This document shows, one piece after another, positions 14,700 through 28,677 of a DNA stretch of 64,000 nt. Origin of the DNA: Octopus vulgaris (taxonomy: Eukaryota); assembly GCA_951406725.2 (NCBI GenBank), contig OX597826.1:39618001-39682000 (forward strand), in the 5' to 3' direction. The notes under the pieces were generated by a model. It ran no database searches, was not told the DNA's origin, and saw nothing but the letters and a program-made list of their open reading frames with translations. The position numbers and the translations under genes were made by a program. Position 1 is the stretch's first letter. Every line of letters starts with the position of its first letter.

Positions 14700-15111
14700 G
14701 GATCTTTTCGGTTTGAACGGCAGTTTTTTCTAGCGGTGTCATATGAAATTGTCACCTATAATTATGACCCTAGTATCGATCTGTTTTAGGGTTAGGGTTA
14801 GAGTTAGGGTTAGGGGTGGCGGGAAGGGTATCTCTTTTTCTTCAGAAATGTAAATAAACCCAATCTGTTTCTTAAACGAGGAACATATTCATACGGCACA
14901 GAATGTTTTCACCTCAATAGACGTCATTGATTGGTTGAAATTGCAGAAATTGAAGAAAAAACAACAAATATCTTACAAACTATAGAATTTTCTCAATAAA
15001 GCCAAGAGAAAAAGATGTTTTATAAACACATTCTACCAGTATACGAAGTTTAACATTTTTTAGTTACGTGGAAATTATTTAAAAAAACTGCCTGTCAAAC
15101 CGAAAAGATCC
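14700..15111. mobile_element. MITE with ~28-bp TIRs, 8-bp TSD and internal TTAGGG repeats
   Basis: TIR GGATCTTTTCGGTTTGA(A)CGGCAGTTTTT. TSD CAGGGGTA at 14692-14699 and 15112-15119. Confidence 0.9.
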
Positions 15112-15353
15112 CAGGGGTATTAAAGGAAACACATGTTTGAAATGAACAGGGCAAAAGACTGGTGGTGTTTTCTTTTCTCAAATAAATTGATTCCAATACA
15201 TTCTTTTCTAAGTCTGGTACTTATTCAGTTTGAACTCTTATTACCAAGCTGCTGAGTTACGGCTACGTAAACAAACCAGTTGTCAAGCGGTGGTGGGGAA
15301 AACAAAAAGACTCACGCACATACATACGTGCGTACATACATACATACATACAT

Positions 15354-15680
15354 GATGGCTGCTCCCTCGTTATCGAGTATGGCCATTGCACGAAGCTTAA
15401 CTGTTACTGGTGCTGTGATCGAATATGACTTTTAAGCCCAGCTAAAGATCTACAATGTCTTGTACAAAATTGGCAACTAAAACCTTTACCGGTAATAGCC
15501 GGCTGTAGTTGAAACTGGGCTTCACGTACCTTTGCATGTCGTTTAAGTCCTCCTGCCGAATTACACTCTCTTCCACATGCCCGACAGATATGATTAGTAT
15601 GGTGTGTTACACCACCACCAGTGGCCAGGTTGTCACGCATCTGTCTCGTTTTATGACTACGAAGATGACTCTTGAATCCA
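15354..15680 (-). mobile_element. 3' end of a LINE (RTE-like) with C-terminal C2H2-type fingers
   Basis: CRACGRECNSAGGLKRH and CQFCTRHCRSLAGLKSHIRSQH followed by a stop and short 3' tail. Embedded in (TACA)n. Confidence 0.6.
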
Positions 15681-15719
15681 TTCATACATACATACATACA
15701 TACAAACATACATACATAC

Positions 15720-16250
15720 TAAGAGGTACTACCTACGACCCAGGCATGATATAGCTGCGAAGATTATTTACAATGCTATCCGCAGCAAGGGCTGTCCTGA
15801 CGTTTACATCAAAAGCATGTCAAAAACCAGCAGGTATTCACACCTTTAAAAGCAAGGAATACTGCTGGAATACCTCACTAAAAACATCAAATCGGTGCAA
15901 ACGTAAGAGACCTGATATTGTTCTGTGGGATAAGGAAAAAAGTTATGCACTGTTGTTGAGGTCAGCTGCCCAGTAGATGTGAATATACTATCCAGGAAAA
16001 AGAGATCATTTATGACGAATTAATGCGAAACTTACGGCTCTTGTACCTCGCTCTGTGAATTCTCATTTGTATCTATCATCATAAGTGCATTACGTTATGT
16101 ATCAACGAATTTGCACAAATCCTCTAAAATATTCGGTTTCAGCGAAAAAGAGTAAAAGAAACTGACGTGTATTTTCCAAATATGATCTTTCAGTGGCACA
16201 GTGAAAATATGTATGACATTCCAAAAATTCTTCATGAGAGATTCTTATGT
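15720..16250 (+). mobile_element. Restriction-like-endonuclease non-LTR retrotransposon 3' relic (R4/NeSL-like)
   Basis: YYLRPRHD and KRPDIVLWDKEK...VEVSCPVD motifs across frameshifts. Confidence 0.7.
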
Positions 16251-19200
16251 GAAATGATGCACACTCTTGGGTGTGTGTATCGACAGTTCAACCAAAGCAC
16301 CAACTCAACCAGACATTTACAAACACCGGTAGCTCGCTTAACTCAAAAAGTCTTGTTGCTTTATTAGTGACTGGTTTGAAATCTCTCAAGAGGAACTTAA
16401 ACTAAACTCGAAGAAAAATTATACATACATACATACATGCATGCCTGCATACAGATAGACAGATAGACATCCCCCCCACACGTACACACACATATGTATA
16501 ATACCCTTCATTGCATTGAGGCCTTACCCACTGAAATGACATCTTTAAGGCCACTGGTGTAGAATCAAATGACAGGAACCCGGATCGCGAGCATCGGTAG
16601 TCGAAGATTTTATTTCCTCTGTCGTTGTGCGTCTGGAGTTGTACACTTGGAAAGCAACTGCTGTTGAATTATTCAAACCTTTTCGAATCGTCTGTAGAAT
16701 GATGGTGATAAAATTTATATAGTAGCCAGCTTGCTACTTGGGTTTTGTTGCCCAGAGATTCTCCTCAACACAGTGAATTAACACTCAGGAATTCCAAAGT
16801 GCTGTTTTACAGAATGCAGCTGTTCAGTCGGTGCACTACCTTTTTGCAGTTGGACGGAGTGTTCTGCTGGAGACTACGTGACTCCGTTATAGACAAAGAA
16901 GAGCGATGGTGATAAGATACAAGCTGACACCCTCGAAGATAGTCGTCTAATAACCCATCAAATTTGTTGAATATTGTTAATTTTTTGGCTTCAAAGTTAC
17001 AATAATTATTGTATCAGAACACGCAAACATATTCACTCACACAAATGCACTTAAATACACATAATCGAATACACATACCTACACGCATATACGCACGCAC
17101 ACGCACATGCAGACACGCACACACCCACACTCGCACACACACATACACGCGTACACACACACACATATGGGCACACATACACACATTCAGCTTGTTAGTA
17201 CACTTGTTAGTTTGCGAAGGTGTGAACATATGAGTGTATGTGTAGAGGAATATGTGCAACTCCGTGTGTGTCTGTCTATTTAGATTGTGAATCAGTGTTG
17301 TTTGTCTGATCAGTATTGATATGTACACAATATCCTGTGACAGTTGACTATTGCTTTCACCCAAGGGACAGCATGTCATCTGTACGGTTTCTTATTGATT
17401 TCTTTCGATTAGATATAAAAGTAGTTTGTTTTGTCAGACTTAGTGATAGGCATGAACATAGGGGTAAGAAGTTCGCTTTGCAATCTCGCCGTACTAGGTT
17501 CGATTCTACTGTAGGGGAAATATCTTCTATACAGAATCGGTTCAAGCTAAGCCCTGAGCTGAATTGAGATGAAGGAAACAATACAAATCCCTGAGAGGGT
17601 CTATATTTGTTTTCAGCACGTAAACCATATTTTTATTAAATACCATTATCTAGACATATCTTTAGCGAAGTCCACTCGCTCACAAATATTCCGATCCGAT
17701 TTGTGGATTGATAATTGGAAATTTGAAAATTTTCTGTGTTGCTTCCTGCTGCAGCTAAGGAAGAACCCGAAAGTCATTTATAGCATCTAATGAAGTCCAA
17801 TCCAAACGATCCTTTACCTAATCCTTTCATTTTGAACCTTTCCGGTCTCGCAGTCAAAGAAGTAAAGATCTTTGTGAAGGAGACGATTCAAAAGTTCCCG
17901 CAGAAACAATGGGAAATGATACAAAATTTATGAAATCAGCCCTAACATCCTCAGACTGCTGACGTGCCTGTTGGAGTGAGCGTGAGAAGAAAGTGCAATT
18001 GAAGATTGGTGTTTGACGGAAGATTTATAAGTGAGTATGCTCGGATAATCTGGAGCTGCATTCAGAATGGTAGAGGATCAAGAATCTATCAAGTTGTGCA
18101 TGAATTTCTTCTCCATATACACCAAGCATGGATTTCTTTTCACCATTCAGGGTGTGTGAGAGAGAGCTTCTCATGCAATGCCTTAGATCAGTATTCATGA
18201 TGTATCACCAAAGAAATTCCGGCCAACTGGCAGATAGTGGAGTGAAGGAGGATCAGAAGACAACTGGTATTGCCAATATGTAATTTTATGGATAACATGA
18301 ACATCAGAACTGAAATGAGGAAAAAAGAATAAAATCTGCTCTCGAATTTAGATATGATGTTTGAACAATGTCAACAGCATACCAGAACCAAAACTCTGTT
18401 CATAATTCAATGTCAGATCAAGGAAAGCAGCTGTGAAATTCGACTTTCATGATCAGATAGCAGTCGCTGAAGGCCTTTAGCGATATCTATGCAACAAAAG
18501 GGCATGTTGAGAACTACCATTGACAGTTGTGTTTTGGACAGGGATCGTTAGGATGTAGACTATCAACATGGCTTTGCTGATTCGTTTATGGCCTCTCAAT
18601 GTATATAAAATACTTTTAAGAAGTAAGAAAAGAATGGAAAACTACTAGCAAGTTCCTGTGAGAGTAGCTTGCTTTCTGACCTTGCTTTACCAGAGTTGTT
18701 ATAACCCTAATCCAGCACGTGTACGTAGTAGTAGGAGAGGGAAGGCTGATAAAATAAGTATTAATGATAATGGTGCAAATGCAATAAAGGTCAACTGTAA
18801 TAAATCTGATGTAATTGAATATGATACGTCTTTATGTGTCCAACTAGACTGCGATGACTCAGCTAGCGTTAGCAATAATAATAATGCTAGATCATCGTAT
18901 CATTCAACTAGTTCTAATGCAACACCTAAATTGTATAATAATAATAGTGGTTTTAGTTGCCTGGTAGCTGTCCGCTTAATAATGCATGTTTAACTAGGAA
19001 TTTAGTTAATAAATGTGACGTGATAACTGATGCAAACACTTTCACCTATATAGGCTCAAAATATATATTAAACAAATTTATCTTGGATAAAATATCTCTG
19101 TAAGGGGTTTAAATATCCTCATCGTGACTATATAAAGTAAATAATTCTGTAAATACAATTATAAAATTCTAATAACCATACCAAGTAATTCCAAATGCTA

Positions 19201-19707
19201 GAAACACACGCCAAACGGCTGTAAACTCCATGAAAGCGAGGGAATTAAAAAAGATTTTTTGAAAAAAATTACCCTAGATCAGTCGATTCCCGGTTTAGTG
19301 TCGTAATATCATTTTACCATCATCAGTATGACATACCAAATGTTCACTTTCTGCATTGCATATTTATTTCTTACTAGTTTGTTCACTTTCTGTGATGTTT
19401 GGTTTCTCGTTCGTTGGCTCGTTATATTCAGGTTCTCACTGCTCGTTTCTCCCTTATTCGTTAGATCATTATTTCCCGGTTCTCATTGGCTCGTTGTCTT
19501 CAGCTTCTCTCTGCCGTCTCCACCAAAGGAACTCAATATTATCGGTTGAAGGCGCGAAATCGCGTTGACCCTTTGGCAGAAAACTGATGAGTATTTGGTG
19601 ACCTGTGTTTTCTGTTTGCTTGTGCATGCATTACATGTTTCTAAATTTACATACCACACATACACACACGTGCGCATGTATATATATATATATGTTTATA
19701 AATTGCT

Positions 19708-19758
<51 letters not shown>

Positions 19759-19829
19759 GTAGGTGATTCTATATGTATGTATAGGTATATATTCATGTAT
19801 GCATATGTATTCCCTTTATTAGATTCTAT

Positions 19830-20300
19830 ACTGGGGTACTGCCTTTTGTGTTAATGGCTTTTCTTTTCTGCATTGTTTCTGGTGAAGTAGCAAGCCAGAC
19901 GGAGCTGCTCTTCTTCGTGTCTCCAGCCATGACATGAACTTATCCAGTGATTGTGATAGAAATTTGTTTAAAAGTTCCTTGAAGACCTCCACTTATTCAT
20001 CACGAGGTTGTGTAGCTGAGTGTTGAGATGTTTTAAACCCTTGAAACATAAGCTATTGAAGTACCATTCTTGATGGAGAAAACGGGACTTTTGGTACTAT
20101 GCAGTGCCGTCCAGTTCGGTGGTTAGTATTGCTTTCTATCATAAAGTGCAGAACTATACATTCTTGGATCTTCCATATGTATATCACGGCATACCTTACG
20201 CATCATCTCTCTATGGAGCATAGCCTCAGTTCCTTTAGCCTCTCCCAATAGCTTATCTGTTGTACCTAGTCAATCTTCTTTATGTTATACAGTTGGATAT
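19830..20300 (-). mobile_element. CR1-like LINE 3' fragment
   Basis: Minus-strand ISYWERLKELRL motif near 20220-20265. Degenerate. Confidence 0.6.
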
Positions 20301-21030
20301 GTAGTGTAGTTGCCGGTGATCACCATAGCAACACACCGACAAATACCCGAAATATATATGTTAAGTACATGTGGTGCTCCAGTATGACCGCAGTCAACTG
20401 ACTGAAACAGGTAAATAATATATATATACTTCTGTGTGCATGTGTATCTGTATAACATTCATACAAACATATCTCTTTCCAACTTATATATTTCTATATT
20501 TGTTTTTCCTCTCCTCTATTTCTCTTCACAAATAACACCTCCATGATCGTCGTGGTCGTGGTCGTGTCGTGGTCGCCATCATCATCACCACCACTACCAT
20601 TATCATGATCTCCTCCTCCATAATAACCGAGTAATGTGTTGACTTAATACTGGTCCCTCCTCCGCTCATATTTTCCATTGACTTGTTATCTCACCGATGC
20701 GGAACAAGGACCAGGCACTAATTTTCTTAGTTATGTTCTAAGCCTATTGTAAATTATATTTGCGTACCACTAACTACAGCTCGAACCTTCATTAATAATC
20801 GAACTATTTTTCATGTAACTGATGTTGAAAATAACATTTTAGAAAAGGATATTATATTAGTTTACCGAGTTAAGTATTTATATATTGTGCATTTACCAGA
20901 AAATGTTGACTTTTCTAATTCTTTTCCTACACTCACCTCGTAGTAATTTTTTGAAAGCTGTGGTTTTATCCCTTGCTGCTCAGAATTACTCGTTCCTGCC
21001 GGCCAGGAGAAACGTTATGCCATGTTACAA

Positions 21031-21079
<49 letters not shown>

Positions 21080-21080
<1 letters not shown>

Positions 21081-21437
21081 ATGATTCTTCACTGTTATTG
21101 AGACCTCCTTCCGTCATGATTGACCGTGGAATTGCACCTAGAAAGTTACCCTCCCAGGCACAAGTCTGGGCAAGGTTGTTTATGGAAGACCAGCAGTCGC
21201 CCATGCATACCAGCCTCCCCTCTCCACGCCACCAGTGTTATCCAAGGGAAAGGCAAAGGGGCCGATACAGCTTGGCACCTGTGACGTCGCAACTCATTTC
21301 TACGGCTGAGTGAAGTGGAGCAACGTGAAATAAAGTGTCTTGCTCAAGAACACAACACACAGCCCGGTTCGGGATTCGAGCTCACAACATCACGATCGTA
21401 AGCTCGACGCTCTAACTACTGAGCCACGCGCCTTCAC
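21080..21437 (-). mobile_element. tRNA-derived SINE
   Basis: Minus strand begins GTGAAGGCGCGTGGCTCAGTAGTTAGAGCG...GAGCTCGAATCCC (A/B-box-like), followed by TTCTTGAGCAAGACACTTT. Confidence 0.75.
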
Positions 21438-22135
21438 TTTCACTATTATACATAGCAATAAATAGGTATGAAATGAATACCATATACTGAACACGTAATG
21501 TCTTTTTTTTTTTACCTCTATGATATTTATATCAAGATAGGTATGACTGCAAGTTTGTATACTGAAACTGAAAGGTGGTGATGTGACCTATGCAAAATCA
21601 CTCAGCAGAAGTATAAACGCAAAAAAACTAAAAAATGAACAAAAAACAAGATAAATGAAAGAAGACATTCTTCAATGAAGTATATTTTATTTTGTTTATG
21701 ATGATTAACATATTTATTGGAAAGCTTGGAAAAACATCTGTAAAACACATTTCACTTATTTAGGTATTAGGCTTCCAAGTTACAACAGATTGCGAAAGAG
21801 GATAATGAAATAAATGGGAGAGTGAGATAGAAAACTTTATGATTATCAATGCAATTATAGACAAAATCTCCGCCTACGGTTGCTTAAAATATAGAAATAG
21901 CGGCCATAACTCCGTTTTTATCAGACTTTGGAAATTTGTTGTGAAGTAGATGAGTGGGTGGATTTGTATCATTGAAAATATACAGTGAATGAAGCGATGA
22001 ATGTCTCGTTCGTGTTAGATCTCATAACAGAAAAACCATTCATCACAGATGGTAAAACAGTGAATTAATGTGTGTATATTTACGTGTCTTATGTGTGTGT
22101 ATGTTTGTATGTATGCATGTATATATATATAGAGA

Positions 22136-22330
22136 GAAAGTTTACGAAAAAAAAACAAAAGACGAAGACAGGTGATGTACAAAAACAAACAGATGTATTA
22201 GTATAACGCTCAGGAATAGAAATAGTCTTTTTACGTTTCGAGCCTACGCTCTTCTACAGAAAGGTACACAGAAAAAACAAGGAGAGAAAAAAATGTGTGT
22301 AGTGGCTAACGATCTATCATGGCGACTAGT
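22136..22330 (-). mobile_element. ~200-bp (TA)n-associated repeat with variant hammerhead core (copy 1)
   Basis: Near-identical to 50725-50930 and related to 38920-39090 and 41460-41640. Minus strand reads CTGTAGAA-GAGCgtagGCTC-GAAA-CG-TA. Confidence 0.7.
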
Positions 22331-22557
22331 GCCAGATAGAAGGGTCAGACAGGAGTAGGAAAGTAAAGGAGATAACAAGGTAAAGATGACCCCATATAAA
22401 TATATACATGATTTTGAAATAGAGGGAGTATAGGTACACTGATGATGGGTATCGGCAATGTGTGTGAATGTAATTTAGGGAATACGCTGCCTTGTGTTAA
22501 TATCGTTTATAATAAAATGAGCTGAGCAGTTTTATACGAAATATGATTATAAGCATG

Positions 22558-22631
<74 letters not shown>

Positions 22632-22963
22632 TGTATGTATGTATGTATGTAGGCACACATATATACACACACACATGCAAACGCACACATACACAATCAC
22701 ACTCCAAGTGTAGAAATTATAGCCTCACATAATTGCCTCTTGGTGTGGAGTTTCATTCTCCGAGTGCTACAATTTTCTATTCAAGTTTTTGCAAAATTGA
22801 ACCAATTCATATGCTTTAAACATATGTCACTGAAAATACGAAAATATCTCTTGCCATTGGCTGGCTCTAATTCGAAATGTTACGAATATTTTTAGTTGTA
22901 TATTAATTGTTTCGCTGTTTCTTTGCTTCAGTCATTTGAGTAATATATTATACGTAACACACA

Positions 22964-23074
<111 letters not shown>

Positions 23075-23924
23075 TCACGCACGCACGCACGCACGCACCC
23101 TGCCACATATATATATGACAAAGTATAAATAAATGGTCATCACATTCATTTATTGCAGTAAATTCGACATACGGCTGTTTCCGATAATCATTATATGTTC
23201 ATTTATTGATCGGATTACGCAATCGGTCCATTCATTGATCGTTTGAGAAAAATTGAACGACCTTTAAGACCTAATGCTATCCTCATCAGAGACAGAATTC
23301 TGATGAAAAACAAAGTAGAACAATGATAGAACTTGAGAGTGGGAGTGAAAAGAGGGGAGTGAAAAGAGGGAATAGGTATAAGTTGAGTGGAAGACAGATA
23401 GGGGGAAAAACAAGGAAAAAAGAACTGATGAGCTAGAATAAAAAAAGAGAAAGAGAAAGAAAGAAAAGGAAGAGAAAGTATAGACTAGGGGAGGCACGGG
23501 ATGGAAAAGGAAGACAAGGATGTTTGACAGTCAGAGATTAAAGAGGGGACAGTAATATGAATAGTAGTGGCCTTTGTGTGTGTGTAATTGGGTCATCACA
23601 CTGAAAAACATGCACAGGTCTTTAGGTCAGATACTATTCAGATAATGTATTGGTCAGCTTGGAATGAGAAAGAAAAAACAGCAACAACAATATTAAGGTG
23701 GGATGGTGGAGAATGCTCTAGCAAAAGTGATAATATATAGAAAATGTTAAAACTAAAATAAGTAAATTAGATAACATGCAATTATCCTTTAGGTATCATA
23801 TCCATCTTGTCCACTGCTTTTTACTTTAGAATGAAAATTATCTAGGGAACCTACTGAAGGATTTATTATAGGAATGCTTACAGCAACTGGTTAATTCTTG
23901 TCTAGGTTACTCTCTGACGCAAGT

Positions 23925-25190
23925 ACGAGGGACGGCTGAAAATTCATTGGCTGACCCAGATACTCTCATGGAATGGGACCGAATGAGGTTTATTTTTCAA
24001 GGTGGTCCCTTTTGCAGTCTACACTCCTCTTCCATCAGTGTTGCAGTGCTTGGATCCCATTGGTGAAAAAGATTTTTTCTCAATGATCAAAAAAGTCATC
24101 AACAGCAGATATAACGTCACCATCGCTGTAATACCGTTTTCCGGCAAAGTGTTTTTCATGTTGGAAAACAGATCATAGTCAGATGAGGCCAAATTGGGAG
24201 AGTGGTGTGGGTGTGTGTGATCAACGAATTCAAAGCTACAGTATAACAACCATTGAAACCAAGGCCTTGTATACTGGAGCTTGGTCTGATGAAACAAAAT
24301 CTCTTGCATCAGTTTTCGTGGGCGTTCGATCCTGAACCCTTTCGTAACTGCCTTAATATGTTGGTATAATACTCTCCATTGATGGTGTGGCCCTTTTGAA
24401 GATAGTCAATAAACATAATGCCTTTTGCATCCCCAAATAACTGAGGCCATCACCTTTCCTGCAGATGAAACGACCTTAGCCTTCTTTGGAACAGGTGAGG
24501 AGGGGTATTTCTATTGCATGGATTGTCTCCTTGTTTCTGTATCAAAACGATGATCCCAAAACCCACTCCGGGTTAGGAAACGTTCAAAGAAACAAACTGG
24601 ATCTGCGTGAAGCAATGTCACATTTTCATCTGATGTGATCTGCCTGGTACGCTTTTAATCAGAATACTTGGTATCTGGCGAGCAAATCCTTCATCGTGCC
24701 AAGTCCATTGTGCAGAATATGCTCAGCTCTTTCACGGGATATGCTATTAGCATTAACTGTTTAATTTGTAGTCAATCGCCTGTCATCCACCACCATGTGG
24801 TGAACACGAGCAATGGTTTCCTCGGTGGTTACAATTGCAGGGCGTGCAGACCTTCGGTCATCTCCAAGTCTCTGTTATCCTCCTAAATTCAGCTGCACAC
24901 TTTTAAACTGTTGGCAAAGCTGGAGCATCATTCATCCACTGTAGAAACCATGTCTGCATTAATGACCTAGGAAACTAAACCCTTTACCTGCAGGTGCTTC
25001 ATAATACCATGATACCAAATTTTGTCGATTTTCAAGAGAAGTCGCTACTAGTTACTTTGAAGTCTTCTGTGAACAGTCAGATGTCAGTTTTGCCGGAAAA
25101 ATAATGCAGTAATGATATGAAGATTTGAAATTAATGCATGAAAGATTTCACTGCTCTAGATTTACTCCTTTGCTGAACTTTTCAATCAAG
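23925..25190 (-). mobile_element. Degenerate mariner transposon
   Basis: TACGAGGG terminus. Peptide HPHHSPNLASSDYDLFSNMK matches the YSPDLAPSDY motif. Length about 1.3 kb. Confidence 0.75.
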
Positions 25191-25782
25191 ACACGTTTTG
25201 GAGTGAATTATCTAGGTAGAGTTCGCATGTCGCTTGTCCTTATTTAATACTTCTTGCTCGACTAAAAATCGACCGCTCTAAATCACATTTATTTTTCTTG
25301 CGCTTAAGTTGCCATATTAGCTTGCTAAGTGATGTACAATTTTCTTTATTTTTGTATTTAAGTGACGAGATGTTAAAGAAGCTTAAAGATTATTACATAA
25401 CATCCTATGTTATCATAAGTTTTATGGGTAAATACAATGCATTTTCAGACTACGCTGTCAAGACATAATTCATTTAACGGATATCTTTTCCCTCCTCTAC
25501 AGTTATAATTCAGCGGCATTTCGTCCGCCTTGACGTTATGCGTTCAAATATCGCCGCCAAGGACGATTTTGACTTTCATACTTTCGGGGTCGATAAATTA
25601 AGTACCAGTGAAACACTGGGGTCGATTTAATCCGCTTGTCCCTCCCTCAAAATTTTAGGCCTTCTGTCTTTAGCAGAAAGGATCATTATTATTATCATTA
25701 TTGAGTGAGAGAGCAATGCATGCCATCAAAGTGACACTGGGGTAAAATATAATATTATTATTATTTTATTATTATTATTATT

Positions 25783-25854
<72 letters not shown>

Positions 25855-26339
25855 GTTATTATTAATATTATTATTATTTGGTGAACACTCACAGCTTATT
25901 TTGCTGGAAATGCTGGAAAGTGTCAGCTGTCCACAGCCAGCAGACTAAAGTGGCACTTGTTTACTGGTCATGCTTCAAGAACACTGCGAATAGTTCTTGC
26001 AGTTCCAAGCAATGCTGATTTTTGATATTATTATTACTATAATGATAATAATAATTATTATTCAACATTTGGTAGATTAAGGCAAATTTCTACTGCATCA
26101 TCTGCTACAGCTCTGTGATACTGGGGTGTGTGTAGCATTGTGAGTTCCTTTTTTGTTGGGTGAGTTCAAACTCCTTCCGGTATTGTTTTGCGCCAGTTTG
26201 TATTGTTATGGGGTCTGTTTGCAGTATGTTGCTGTACTAATGTTTGTTTTATGCGTTGTGTGTCTTAATGCAAGCTGCGTTCTTCTGGTTAGCATTGAGC
26301 CTGCTGGTGACCGTTTATTTTATTGGATAATTGTTATAT

Positions 26340-27530
26340 AAAGTGTGTCTTGTGTTTGTGAATTCTTTTGTTTGGGCTGTATTATTGAATTGATATTGCC
26401 TTGCATAGGCTTTGTGCTGTTCCTAACAATGCTATTTTTTGGATAGTGTGTAGTATTGGGGATCCAGGTATAGCTTCTACGTTTTGTTCATATGATTTTT
26501 TAAATCATGCCATTTATTACTGGCATTGTTTTCACCTTCATGCCCCACATCTTGAATATTTCAATTTCGAGGTCTTTGTACTTCGACAATTTCTCGACTG
26601 CAACGTCTATGAGTAAGCAGGTCGTTTTTCTCCAATTCTTGATTATGTCTGGGTGATTAGCTTTTATTTATTTGCGAGCTTGAACAGATAATTGTGGCCC
26701 GGTCGTTGTCCCGTACCTTCTTTGGCACATGTTTATACCATTTCATGCCAGTTTTTATGTTGCAGTGTTTGGTATATTGTCCTGCTTTTATACTTGTTTG
26801 TGGTCAGGCATTGGTCTTGTGCAACGAAAATCAGTCCTTCTCTTTAAGCTTTTAGTCCAGAGTTTTTGCGCAATTTTCGGCTTTTACTTAGGCTCACTTC
26901 TTTTTTGTCAAACTTTGCAGGGTATTGGCCATGGAGTGATTTTTCTCTGCACTTTCTTCAGTTTTTTCTAGTTCTCTTTTCATATTTTTTGTTGTCTCTT
27001 TGACATTTCTGTTATGTTGTCATCTGAGATCAGTGTATCTGATTTCAGTTAGTTTCTAATTTGTATTTTGTCGCCTCCTTGTTTGTAGAGAAAAGCATTT
27101 TCTTTTTCTCGTGTTGCTTTATTACATGGAGTAATCTTCCAGTTTTTGTTTCTAAGTACTTTTCTAATCCAACTAGTTCTCTATCTGTGTCAGACCACGA
27201 CTTCCTTCTGAGCGGTGTAGATATATTCTGTCTATGTCTGCTTTGGGTTGGTAAATTCGGTATGCTGTTAATCATTTTCTGGTTTTTCTAAATCTCTCAA
27301 TTCACTGATCTTCCGGTTTATTATGTTGAAGCTGTGATTTATGACTGGTATACCTAGCGTATTTATTCCTAATATCTTATTTTAGCATTGAGCTCAGTGT
27401 TTAATATTAATTTAACTCCTATGTAACACTCTCTCCTTAATTATCTCTTCCATTTCTGTGATATATTTTAGCTGTTTCGTTTATTCCTAGATATTTCTAT
27501 GGAAGATTTTGGTTTAATTCTCTGATTCTT
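26340..27530 (-). mobile_element. R4/Dong-like RLE non-LTR retrotransposon relic
   Basis: Minus-strand ANHPDII...LLIDV, EKLSKYKDLEIE and KIALLGTA motifs, with post-RT GINTLGIPVINHSF upstream. Trinucleotide microsatellites nearby. Confidence 0.7.
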
Positions 27531-27578
27531 GAGTCTATGCTGAGTACAACATTATCATTATCATCGTCATCATTATCA

Positions 27579-27795
<217 letters not shown>

Positions 27796-28329
27796 ACAAA
27801 TTCTGTGATAGTTACTATTGTTCTTATTGCTGCTATCATTGATACAATCGCATCTGATTGCATTATTGCTTATTTCACCATTCCTTTCGGAACTGACTTT
27901 CCTCTTCCCACTCTCCCATTGCAGTATCTGTAGTTGCTCGTCCCCTTAGTGCCGGTTGTCATGCTCATCGCCATCTCTCCTCTTATTTCTATTTATATTG
28001 CTCTGTTTATTGGTTTTACTATTGTTATCATTTTTTTACCGCCCTACCTTGGTTTTCGATGCCTGTATTCCTAGCATTTCTCACAACATCCTTACCCCGA
28101 CTCTTACTATGTTTTCCGTCATCTTTCTCACTGCAGTCTCCAGTCCACTCGCTGCTATTTGCCTTATTAATTCTGCTATATTCCAGCGTTTCGTCTCCAT
28201 CAGTAGATCGTCTAGTATTTATATTCGTGTCACTATTACAATAATGATTATCATTATAACTGAAGGCTTTATTCCTATTCTTATTCAGAGACCTGTTTTA
28301 ATACTCTTTTTACTCTTTTTACTCTTTTA

Positions 28330-28677
28330 CTTGTTTCAGTCATTTGACTGCGGCCATGCTGGAGCACCGCCTTTAGTCGAGCAACTCGACCCCGGGACTT
28401 ATTCTTTGTAAGCCCAGTACTTATTCTATCGGTCTCTTTTTGCCGAACCGCTAAGTGACGGGGGATGTAAACACACCAGCACACAAACACACACACATAC
28501 ATATACATATATATATACATATATACAACAGGCTTCTTTCAGTTTCCGTCTACCAAATCCACTCACAAGGCTTTGGTCGGCCCGGGGCTATAGCAGAAGA
28601 CACTTGCCCAAGATGCCACGCAGTGGGACTGAACCCGGAACCATGTGGTTGGTTAGCAAGCTACTTACCACACAGCC
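28330..28677 (-). mobile_element. SINE family with internal (TA/TG)n
   Basis: Homologous copies or fragments at 59755-60143, 13258-13630, 51200-51335, 42745-42930 and 10600-10718 (+). tRNA-like head GCTGTGTGGTAAG...GGTTCAGTCCC. Confidence 0.8.

Noticed and set aside
15404-15709. Host C2H2 zinc-finger gene
   Set aside because: It has no TGEKP linkers or splice context, sits inside a microsatellite, and fits a LINE C-terminus better.
17570-18600. Coding-like higher-complexity stretch
   Set aside because: No sustained frame or recognisable motif. It is probably an old transposon but I cannot assign it.
21350-21437. tRNA gene
   Set aside because: It is a tRNA-like SINE head that continues into a SINE body, with no complete cloverleaf.
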